Shown piece by piece: positions 26,778-34,457 of a DNA stretch of 53,472 nt (position 1 is the stretch's first letter; each line of letters starts with the position of its first letter). A model generated the notes under the pieces. It had not been told where the DNA came from. It did no database searches and was given only the letters and a program-made list of their open reading frames with translations. Source of the DNA: a virus; IMG/VR virus record IMGVR_UViG_3300002307_000006, positions 1 through 53,472 of that record. One strand, 5' to 3'. The translations under genes and the position numbers were made by a program.

Positions 26778-26983
26778 CTGATGTCCCCAAAAACATCGGG
26801 GCGCAAGTTGCGGCGACTGACGACCCCTTTGGTTAATCGCTCAATGGCCACGCACAGTTCAGGGCTTGCCGCCTGCCTGCCGCTGATGACCAAAGAGAGC
26901 CAAGTCTTGCTGATGCCTAACGCTCTGGCCATCGCAATTTTCGACCCTCGAGGTTTGTTCTCGAAGTATTTCTCTAAGTTCAT
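26774..26983 (-). CDS. Cro/YdaS-like HTH transcriptional regulator, 69 aa
   Basis: SKIAMARALGISKTWLSLVISGRQ helix-turn-helix; first gene of the leftward early operon at a divergent control region. Confidence 0.7.
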   Translation of the reverse strand: MNLEKYFENKPRGSKIAMARALGISKTWLSLVISGRQAASPELCVAIERLTKGVVSRRNLRPDVFGDIR

Positions 26984-27105
26984 GTGAGGTTCATCCTTTC
27001 GTGTTGTTTAGGGCTATGTTACACTAAAAAAACTTCTTGGCAAGTGTGTTGTATTTTTAAATTAAACCTGATACAGTCAAGCCTTGTTTAACCTGAAAGC
27101 GAATT
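26984..27105. promoter_or_regulatory. Divergent early control region (leftward TTGACT..., rightward TTGGCA... promoter-like hexamers, shared GTTTAATTT element)
   Basis: 122-nt non-coding gap between divergent operons. Minus strand TTGACTGTATCAGGTTTAATTTAAAAATAC; plus strand TTGGCAAGTGTGTTGTATTTTTAAATTAAAC. Confidence 0.4.
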
Positions 27106-27258
27106 ATGAAACAATTTGATCGAGATAGACAAGATATGAATTTGATTCAGGACGCGCTCCTGAACAAGAAACCTAAGCCCCGCATGGGTTTTTGGACTTC
27201 CCTATGGCCATGGGCTATTGTTTGGGGAATTATTTTTGCCACGTGCATAAGGTGGTAA
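27106..27258 (+). CDS. Small membrane protein candidate, 50 aa (…MGFWTSLWPWAIVWGIIFATCIRW)
   Basis: Manual translation; preceded by GAAAGCGA leader; below the track cutoff. Confidence 0.4.
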   Translation: MKQFDRDRQDMNLIQDALLNKKPKPRMGFWTSLWPWAIVWGIIFATCIRW

Positions 27259-27260
27259 CC

Positions 27261-27446
27261 ATGCACAGTGAGAGCGAAATGCATCAACTGATGCTAGAGA
27301 GGCAACAAATGCTTGAGGAGGCCCTAGAACGGGCTGAGACGGGCGTTGCAACCGAGGACGATTGGAACATCATCCGCTATGAATGCGGGATGCCTAAACG
27401 TCTAAAAATCACGCTGGAAACAGCAATTTTATCTAGGGGCGAATGA
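27261..27446 (+). CDS. Early protein, 61 aa (track ORF 27192-27446 trimmed to the ATG with AAGGTGG RBS)
   Basis: ataAGGTGGtaaccATG context. Confidence 0.5.
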   Translation: MHSESEMHQLMLERQQMLEEALERAETGVATEDDWNIIRYECGMPKRLKITLETAILSRGE

Positions 27447-27447
27447 A

Positions 27448-28089
27448 ATGGGATTACAAGCGAAAGCAAGCGGCGGGGACTTTGTTCCAGTGCCGGTAGG
27501 TATGCACCTTGCGAGGTGTTATCGGGTAGTAGACCTCGGAACACAGAAGTCCGAGTACATGGGCAAGGAGAAACTATTGCCCAAAGTCATGTTGCAGTTT
27601 GAGGTGCATGGCGACGACGAGGCGGGGAAACCTATCGTCACAGTCAAGGGTGAGCCGATGACCATCAGCAAAAACTTTACTAACTCTTTAGCGGAAAAAG
27701 CAACACTTCGCATTGATTTGGTACGTTGGCGCGGTCGCGACTTCACTCAAGCCGAACTCAATGGCTTTGAACTCAAGAACGTCTTGGGCGCGTGGGCAAT
27801 GATTACCGTGGCCACATCCATTGGGCGCGACGGGAAGGAGTACACCAACATCAGTTCAATCAACCCGGTTCCATCGGCTATCAAGTCGGCTGGCTTGCCA
27901 GAGGGATTCAACAAGATCGGTGTGTTCTGGATCGAAGAGCCTGATATGGCCATGTTTGAGACCTTCTCTGATGGCCTTAAAAAGAAAATCATGGGTTCAC
28001 CAGAGTGGAAACCTAGCGGCGCATCAGCGCCAACAACTGCCGCGCCCAAGTCTGGTTTAGAAGACATGGACGACGACATACCTTTCTAG
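27448..28089 (+). CDS. Single-stranded-DNA-binding protein candidate (DUF669/gp2.5-like) with host-SSB-type C-terminal tip MDDDIPF
   Basis: The last residues ...GLEDMDDDIPF match the E. coli SSB tip DDDIPF. N-terminal pattern GGDFVPVPVGMHLARCY...VMLQFEV resembles DUF669 OB-fold proteins (from memory). Confidence 0.55.
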   Translation: MGLQAKASGGDFVPVPVGMHLARCYRVVDLGTQKSEYMGKEKLLPKVMLQFEVHGDDEAGKPIVTVKGEPMTISKNFTNSLAEKATLRIDLVRWRGRDFTQAELNGFELKNVLGAWAMITVATSIGRDGKEYTNISSINPVPSAIKSAGLPEGFNKIGVFWIEEPDMAMFETFSDGLKKKIMGSPEWKPSGASAPTTAAPKSGLEDMDDDIPF

Positions 28090-28098
28090 GAGACAACT

Positions 28099-28374
28099 AT
28101 GAAATGGCTAACTGTTTTATTCCTAGTTATTTTGGCCGGCTGTTCTAGCAACAAGCCTGTGGTTGAGTACAACCCAGCAGAGCGATACCCAAATCAAACC
28201 ATGGTTATCGACAAAGAGGTTCAACCATTAAGCCGAAACGAAGTCATTATGGCGGTTCAAGAGTGCGAGCAATCGGGCTTGAGGGCAGTTATGGTGGTGG
28301 CTAAACGCCGCATAAATGGGTTCACAACAGACATCATCGCTGATGTTACTTGCGCACCTAAATTTAAATTCTAA
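28099..28374 (+). CDS. Lipoprotein, 91 aa
   Basis: MKWLTVLFLVILAGC: signal peptide + lipobox L-A-G-C. Confidence 0.65.
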   Translation: MKWLTVLFLVILAGCSSNKPVVEYNPAERYPNQTMVIDKEVQPLSRNEVIMAVQECEQSGLRAVMVVAKRRINGFTTDIIADVTCAPKFKF

Positions 28375-28494
28375 GAAAGGAAACTCATGTGAAAGACTTA
28401 TTTATCGGTGCAGGCTCGGTTGTGGCGACCGTCCTCACATTTATCGCTTTGGTATAACTGGGCAGACGCCCAAGAATTTTCTTAGGAGAAAAAA

Positions 28495-28707
28495 ATGTTA
28501 GAAAGAATTGTGATTGATATTGCAGTTGATGAATTTGAATTTATCAAAGAAGCCATTTCTTACAAGGCGCGTTCCTTGATTAGTTATTTGGATACTTGCA
28601 AAGAGCATTACGAAGAGCAACAAGCAGAGCCTGTAACGATAGGTAATGCATTTACCCAAAACAAGCGTGCCGCCGCCCGTAAACAAGTACGGAGAACCCG
28701 CAAATGA
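28495..28707 (+). CDS. Early protein, 70 aa
   Basis: ORF track; AGGAGA RBS. Confidence 0.5.
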   Translation: MLERIVIDIAVDEFEFIKEAISYKARSLISYLDTCKEHYEEQQAEPVTIGNAFTQNKRAAARKQVRRTRK

Positions 28708-29468
28708 CCATCACAACCCCAGCAATACGCGCCAGCGAGTCAAATCACTGGTACACACGCGACGGTGTGCCGATGTACACCGTACCCTCAAAGAAGGATG
28801 GGTCGCCTCGCAATACCACGCTACGTGACGCGCGCACCATGTCCCTGATCCCGTCAGTGACCACAGTGCTGAACGTGGCCGCCAAGCCGGCGCTTACCCA
28901 ATGGTTACAGCGTCAGGTGCTGATGGCCGCATTGACGTTGCCTAAACGCGACGGTGAGCCTGAGTCCGACTATATCGACCGCATTATCAGCGACTCGAAA
29001 GAGGAGGGCAAAGCCGCCGCGAATGCCGGTACTGACATTCACACATCGATTCAGGGCCACTACGAAGGCAAGCCAGACGGCAAACACATTGAACACGTCA
29101 AGGCAACCATTGAGGCAATCGATCACCACTTTGGCAAGCAAGAATGGGTGAGTGAGCGTGCGTTTGGCCACAACGAGGGCTTTGGCGGTAAGGTGGACTT
29201 GTTCTGCCCTATCGCTGTAGTGGACATCAAATCAAAAGAATTCACAGATCCGGATAAGGTGGGCGCATATGACGAGCATCTGATGCAACTCTCGGCTTAC
29301 CGCATTGGTTTAGGGATACCCACAGCCCGCTGTGCAAACGTGTTCGTATCTCGGAATGTTCCCGGCTTGGTGACGATCCGCGAATGGACGGAGGAAGACC
29401 TCCAACAAGGTTGGGCGATGTTTTTGCATCTGCTCAGATATTGGCAAATCAAAAACAACCACAAGTGA
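28704..29468 (+). CDS. PD-(D/E)XK (RecB/Cas4/YqaJ-like) exonuclease
   Basis: GTDIH..., GGKVDLF, VVDIKSK, QLSAY motifs in canonical order. Confidence 0.7.
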   Translation: MTITTPAIRASESNHWYTRDGVPMYTVPSKKDGSPRNTTLRDARTMSLIPSVTTVLNVAAKPALTQWLQRQVLMAALTLPKRDGEPESDYIDRIISDSKEEGKAAANAGTDIHTSIQGHYEGKPDGKHIEHVKATIEAIDHHFGKQEWVSERAFGHNEGFGGKVDLFCPIAVVDIKSKEFTDPDKVGAYDEHLMQLSAYRIGLGIPTARCANVFVSRNVPGLVTIREWTEEDLQQGWAMFLHLLRYWQIKNNHK

Positions 29469-29475
29469 GAGAAAA

Positions 29476-29697
29476 ATGTTAAGCGAAGAAATGGTCAAAC
29501 AAATCTTTTTCCAAAGCGATAAACCACGCAAGGATCCTCTTATTGCAGACGAGGTGGACGTTGTCCAGTTCGCCCACAATATTGAGTCAGTCGTTGCGGT
29601 GGAATATGCTCGTATAGAACACGCCCGTTGCGTTGCCATCGTTAAAGAGATGAACAGCGCAGTTGGTAATGCTTTAGAAAATCAACGTCCAGCCTAA
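29476..29697 (+). CDS. Early protein, 73 aa
   Basis: ORF track. Confidence 0.5.
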   Translation: MLSEEMVKQIFFQSDKPRKDPLIADEVDVVQFAHNIESVVAVEYARIEHARCVAIVKEMNSAVGNALENQRPA

Positions 29698-29707
29698 GGA
29701 GAGTACC

Positions 29708-29938
29708 ATGGCGATGTCTTTTTTTGCAGTCGATGACAAGGGTGACCTGAAGGTCGATATGCCGTCCATTGAGACGTTCTCACGAGCGTTTGATGCCGGT
29801 AATCGAGCCGATATTGCCTGCTTTGCAAAGATCATCACCACGGCCTATCAAAACGGCTACGACAAGGGTGTGGAGGAGTCTGATCAAAGGTATCTTCACA
29901 CCCATCTTCTGTTGTGTCACACAGCAGGAAACGCATAA
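29708..29938 (+). CDS. Early protein, 76 aa
   Basis: ORF track; AAGGAGA RBS. Confidence 0.5.
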   Translation: MAMSFFAVDDKGDLKVDMPSIETFSRAFDAGNRADIACFAKIITTAYQNGYDKGVEESDQRYLHTHLLLCHTAGNA

Positions 29939-29942
29939 AAAA

Positions 29943-29962
29943 AGCCCCCGGTTAGGGGGGCT
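29943..29962. terminator. Hairpin terminator between convergent operons (U-tract only for the minus-strand late transcript)
   Basis: AGCCCCC-GGTTAG-GGGGGCT preceded on the plus strand by AAAAAAA. Confidence 0.65.
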
Positions 29963-29996
29963 AAAGAGGATAGTGGCAACTGCTCCTCACGTGAAA

Positions 29997-31730
29997 TTAT
30001 TGCGCCTTTTTGGGTGGCTGATATGGGAAGAATTTATCTCTGGCCATCTGAACTGGAATCATCCCCAAACCGCCAAGGACTCCTACGCCCTTCAAAGCGG
30101 CCGTAACAGGTGTGACAGGGGGTAGCATAGACATACCTCCAAACGCGGCCTCTAGCGTTGCAAGAACTACCCCTGTCGTGTCTCCTTTTTGATAGCGATC
30201 TATTGCCTCAGCAACTGAAAGACCTGTACCTAGACCACCTAGCGTATTGGCCAAAATAGGCGACTGAGCGATTTTGTAGCCCAACTTACCCACCATGCTT
30301 GGTTCGACGTCTGTAGCGCGTTGTGCGGCACTTTGAGCCAATGTATGGGCATTACCTGCCTTCTGCGCCTCAGCCTCAAGCCTTGCTAACTCTTTTTGTC
30401 GGGTGACCATATCGGTCTTGGATTGGCCAACGGCCTCCCCAGCAGTTCGCTTGGCCTCTCTGGCTTGTTTAAGCCTCATTTCAGCCACTTGACGGTCAAA
30501 CTCTGCTTGTTTTTGAGCCGCCAGTTGCGCTTGCCGCGCTTGCTCTGCACTTTGCGCTTGTTTTTCTGCCAACTCAGCATTCATTTTTGCGGCATTCTCA
30601 GAAGGCAGAGCCAACTCAACTCCGCCGGGAGTCTTGGCAACTTCAAAGCCGGGGGTCTTAGCGCGAGCCGCGTTGTACTCGTCGATCAACGCTTGGCCAC
30701 CTTTAGGGTTGTCCTTGCGCATATTCTCGGCTTGATTAGCAATGACGTCTGGGATCTCTTCGCCCATAGCACGAACCCAATTGGACGCACCTGATGCGCC
30801 GGGCTTTGTACGGGAGGCAATTTCCTCCGCTGTCTCTACTGCGCCGCTCACAGACTTTGGAGGAGACAACGCTTTTTTAGCCTCTTCCAACTCAGCCTCG
30901 TAATATCTCAAATTGCTTTTGCTTGCTTGGAACTCTGCCTCAAGGTCGGCAACACTTGCGCCAGAACTATGAGCGTTTTGCAAATTTTCTTGAGCAAGCG
31001 CCAATCGATCACGAGCGGCATTGAGTTTTTCTTGGGCGGCAATTGCGTTTGGCCCTTTAGGGGCCTCTGGTGCGCCAACAATTTTTTCTGCTACACCCTT
31101 AGCCAAGCCAATTCCTGTGCCATAAAGCGCGCCTTCGCCAGAGTGAGACCTAGTTGTTGGTTTGGGTGCGCCATTGTCGTCTTTAACTGTTCCGGGGACT
31201 TTGCCTTGCTCGAGCAATGTTTCAGCAACAGGTTTCCATTCATCAGCAGGAGCCTCTTTTTTATCTTCAACCGGGCTACTGAGCCATGAGGTATCTTCTT
31301 TTTCCATAGGTGTCCTTAGGGTAACGTGAACAGGGTCTTTCGCGCCCAGAGGACGGTGCAGGCCATATGCCTTCAACTCCTCGTCAGCAACCCCGGATGG
31401 GATGTCAAAAGCCTCCCGATGGAATACATAATCTTTTGGCTTTCCCTCTGGATTGGTCGGCATATAGATGCCCTTCTCACCTTTGAGAGAACGCTGATAC
31501 AAATCGTTTTGCTCATCCCACGTACGTGCGCCGCTGGTAAGTGGCAAAGGCTTTTTGGTACGAGCATAGTAATCCGCGCCGGCTTGATTGACGGCATTGA
31601 GAACGTCAGTGTTGTGCATTTGAAGACGCTGGATTTTTTCTTCCAGAGTCTTGCCACTAACACCCGACAAATCCAAATAGGGGTAAGGATTGGTCGGCTG
31701 TTCTTTCGCAGGTGCATCAAGCCATCCCAT
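29997..31730 (-). CDS. Internal virion/ejection protein with N-terminal M15 (VanY-like) peptidoglycan peptidase domain, coiled-coil and C-terminal glycine-zipper hydrophobic segment
   Basis: LTSGARTWDEQNDLY ... FHREAFDIP ... DPVHV parallels the endolysin TSTYRDMESQTALY ... FHNYRCAVDV ... LAHFQ; last gene of the late operon. Confidence 0.65.
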   Translation of the reverse strand: MGWLDAPAKEQPTNPYPYLDLSGVSGKTLEEKIQRLQMHNTDVLNAVNQAGADYYARTKKPLPLTSGARTWDEQNDLYQRSLKGEKGIYMPTNPEGKPKDYVFHREAFDIPSGVADEELKAYGLHRPLGAKDPVHVTLRTPMEKEDTSWLSSPVEDKKEAPADEWKPVAETLLEQGKVPGTVKDDNGAPKPTTRSHSGEGALYGTGIGLAKGVAEKIVGAPEAPKGPNAIAAQEKLNAARDRLALAQENLQNAHSSGASVADLEAEFQASKSNLRYYEAELEEAKKALSPPKSVSGAVETAEEIASRTKPGASGASNWVRAMGEEIPDVIANQAENMRKDNPKGGQALIDEYNAARAKTPGFEVAKTPGGVELALPSENAAKMNAELAEKQAQSAEQARQAQLAAQKQAEFDRQVAEMRLKQAREAKRTAGEAVGQSKTDMVTRQKELARLEAEAQKAGNAHTLAQSAAQRATDVEPSMVGKLGYKIAQSPILANTLGGLGTGLSVAEAIDRYQKGDTTGVVLATLEAAFGGMSMLPPVTPVTAALKGVGVLGGLGMIPVQMARDKFFPYQPPKKAQ

Positions 31731-31732
31731 CC

Positions 31733-33469
31733 TTAATCCTCAGTCTTGGTGTATGTTTTGCCCTGAAAAATAAACTGCTTACCTTTTTTTAGGCTTTTGT
31801 AGTTTGGATCTTCTTTGCCTGAAACTGTAGGCACAGCCGCAGGGGTCTCAGTCTTTGGAGCCTCTTTCTTTGGTTCAGTCTTAGGCGCCTCAGTCTTAGG
31901 TGCGTTTGCATCTGGATTAGAGCCAGCCTTAAAGTAAGCCGCATTGGCTTTGTTCATGCGTTCCAACTTAGAGACGTAGTCATCTTTCACTGTTTTGAAA
32001 TCATCAGAGATCAAAAATTTGCCGTAACCCTTGGATGGGTTTGCATCTTTCCAGTCTTCATAGGCTTTGTAGGCGCGCTCATCAAAGTCAGCCTTCAATT
32101 CAAGTGCTTGAGCCTTCATTTCAATAACTTCAGGACGATCAAATGATTGTGGGCCTAACAATGATGCAACGCTTGATTCACCATTAGAAATTGCGCCCTG
32201 ACCTTTGAGCCATGTGCGACGGTTGAACAATGTAAATTGAGCCTCAATCTGCGCAAACTTTTGCAGGGCTTGGATTTCTGTATCTGATAGGCCAGCCTTT
32301 TGAGCAATGTCCACAGGAATGCTGAATGATCCCCAAGGTGTTTGCACGCCAGACTTCACAGACGCCATCACGCCGTCAAACCATGAACGTACGTCGCTGT
32401 CTTTGTTGGCCAGCAACTTGAATGCGTTTGGTGCGGCACGAGCAATACCGGATGCCTCACGCGCAAGGTTCTTTACGTCTTGTGCTTGACCTGCGGTATC
32501 TTGCATATTGGTGATCATCTCACCGCTCTTCTTGCCGACTTCGCCAGATTCTGACTTCATGCGCTCTGCTTCAGCGGCCTTCTCTTCTTGGCTAGGAGGC
32601 AACTTATAGCCGCCCTTACCGCCGTTTGGACGAGACTCATTTTGCAACCAACCCATTTCGTCATAGAAAGCCATGAGTTTGTTGACGTCTTTATCTTTAG
32701 CAAACTGAGCGCGCGCTACTTCGTACTTTTGGCGATCCGCAACAGACACCCCTTCAAGAGTTCTATTTAACAAATATGGCTCAAGTTTCAAACCATATTC
32801 ACCTGAGGCAATCTTGCGCTCTTCTAATTCACGTTGACGTTTATTTTCAAAAAATTTCAATGTGTCTGCGTCACCTGTCAGTTTTGCAATGGCAATGATG
32901 TCTTCTGTTACAGGCACGTTTGGACTTGTAGCCGCTTGCAATTTGGCGGCAGGGTTTTGTTCACCGCCCGGTGTTGGCGCTTGATTATTCAATGTAGTCG
33001 CACTCGGGGCGCCGCCCATGGTACGCATCATCAAATCATTACCGGCCATTTGTTGTTTCAACGTCAACTGTGATTGAGTCAGCGCCAATTTTTGTTTGTT
33101 GATTTCCTGTTGGCGCACCCAGTCACGCTCGGCTTGAGCGGTTGCATTTTCAGCGGCACTACCAAGCGATTCGCCAAACGATCCGGTTTTGGTTGGCTTT
33201 AGGAAACCAGCCGCAACCTGCATCATCATTGGATCGAATGGAATGTTCTTTCGATAGTCCAACGCATCTTGCATCTCTTGGATTTTTTTATCCAACTTAG
33301 AGCGAGTGAGTTGCAGATCCTCAAACGGTGACTTGTCCGTAATACGGGGTACGTCAAGTTGATGCGCCTCTTCCTGATCAGCCTCAGCCGCCGGATTAGG
33401 TTGGGCAGAAGGTTGAGCGGAAGATGCACCAGCGACGACGCCAGCGGCTTGTTGTAGTGGGCTTGCCAT
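31733..33469 (-). CDS. Internal virion/ejection protein candidate, 578 aa
   Basis: ORF track; position in a run of large low-complexity late genes. Confidence 0.6.
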   Translation of the reverse strand: MASPLQQAAGVVAGASSAQPSAQPNPAAEADQEEAHQLDVPRITDKSPFEDLQLTRSKLDKKIQEMQDALDYRKNIPFDPMMMQVAAGFLKPTKTGSFGESLGSAAENATAQAERDWVRQQEINKQKLALTQSQLTLKQQMAGNDLMMRTMGGAPSATTLNNQAPTPGGEQNPAAKLQAATSPNVPVTEDIIAIAKLTGDADTLKFFENKRQRELEERKIASGEYGLKLEPYLLNRTLEGVSVADRQKYEVARAQFAKDKDVNKLMAFYDEMGWLQNESRPNGGKGGYKLPPSQEEKAAEAERMKSESGEVGKKSGEMITNMQDTAGQAQDVKNLAREASGIARAAPNAFKLLANKDSDVRSWFDGVMASVKSGVQTPWGSFSIPVDIAQKAGLSDTEIQALQKFAQIEAQFTLFNRRTWLKGQGAISNGESSVASLLGPQSFDRPEVIEMKAQALELKADFDERAYKAYEDWKDANPSKGYGKFLISDDFKTVKDDYVSKLERMNKANAAYFKAGSNPDANAPKTEAPKTEPKKEAPKTETPAAVPTVSGKEDPNYKSLKKGKQFIFQGKTYTKTED

Positions 33470-33470
33470 A

Positions 33471-34457
33471 TTAGGTCACCAAATATCCGTTGTGGTCGTA
33501 CATATTCCCTTGCCCATCATGATAAGCAGGGATACCTGTTGGGCCGCCATCGGCCATATCTACTTGCTGGTCTCCAACTTCGCCACCATCGGCGTAGCCA
33601 ACCGAGCCGCCGTCTTTTTGCTTTGGCGGCTGTGGCGTGCCATACAAAGCCGCAAGCAAAGAACCTAGACCAGCGATCTGAGACAGCGGGCTATTTGAGT
33701 ATGCGCCGGGCATTGGGCCAGTGGTTTGAGTTGTACCGCCGGTTGGGATTTGATAGCCAGACATCAGGCGAGAGAAGTTCTGCGCTTGAGTCATTGGGTA
33801 GTTCAGAATGTTTTGCTGAGTGGCTTGCTGTTGTCCGCCTAAAGTAGACAATTCATTGAGGCCACCAAGGCCCAGAGATTGTTGTTGCGCGCCCAAATTG
33901 CCAAAGGATTGACCAGCCTGCAAAGCACGAGATAAATCGGTCTGAGCGGCGTTAGATGCGTTCTGGTAACCGGTTTGCAAAGCGCCTGCCTGTTGCCCGG
34001 TCAAGTTAGCCTGCATATTGGCCATAGTCTGGCCAGCGGCATTCATGCCACGCTGAGAACCGAACGAACCAGACGAAACACCAGCGGCCGCCAAATTAGG
34101 CAACACGTTTTGCTGGATGTTTTGCTGTTGTAGACGCCCCATCTCATTGACCACAGCACCCGTATATGGGTTCATGTAGTCGCCGATAACGTCAGGGACA
34201 GTTGTAGTTCCTGCCTCACCTAGCAATTGAGAGCCAGCACCCATGGATCCAGAACCCGCAAACGCGACGTTCGGAGCCATGTTGTAGGCTTGTTGTTGCA
34301 AAGCAGAAGGGCCAGCAACACCACCTTGATTGACGGCGTTCTGGCCAAGGTTTGCAACGTCTTGGAGGTAATTGGTATAAAACTCTGGCGCAGTGGTTTG
34401 CTGTTGTACCGTCTGGGTTACTGACGGTAGTGCGTCGCCTTGAAATAAGTCAGACAT
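33471..34457 (-). CDS. Q/G/N/A-rich internal virion protein candidate, 328 aa, with C-terminal KDGG/YADGG/MADGG cluster
   Basis: ORF track translation. Confidence 0.6.
   Translation of the reverse strand: MSDLFQGDALPSVTQTVQQQTTAPEFYTNYLQDVANLGQNAVNQGGVAGPSALQQQAYNMAPNVAFAGSGSMGAGSQLLGEAGTTTVPDVIGDYMNPYTGAVVNEMGRLQQQNIQQNVLPNLAAAGVSSGSFGSQRGMNAAGQTMANMQANLTGQQAGALQTGYQNASNAAQTDLSRALQAGQSFGNLGAQQQSLGLGGLNELSTLGGQQQATQQNILNYPMTQAQNFSRLMSGYQIPTGGTTQTTGPMPGAYSNSPLSQIAGLGSLLAALYGTPQPPKQKDGGSVGYADGGEVGDQQVDMADGGPTGIPAYHDGQGNMYDHNGYLVT

Noticed and set aside
26774-26983. Cro-like regulator taken as evidence for a temperate lifestyle
   Set aside because: No integrase, excisionase, CI-type repressor, attP-like site or partition system is present. 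A single HTH regulator is common in virulent phages.
28389-28457. 22-aa hydrophobic GTG-initiated peptide between the lipoprotein gene and the next ORF
   Set aside because: It is too short, its start is doubtful and no support is available. It is noted only as a possibility.
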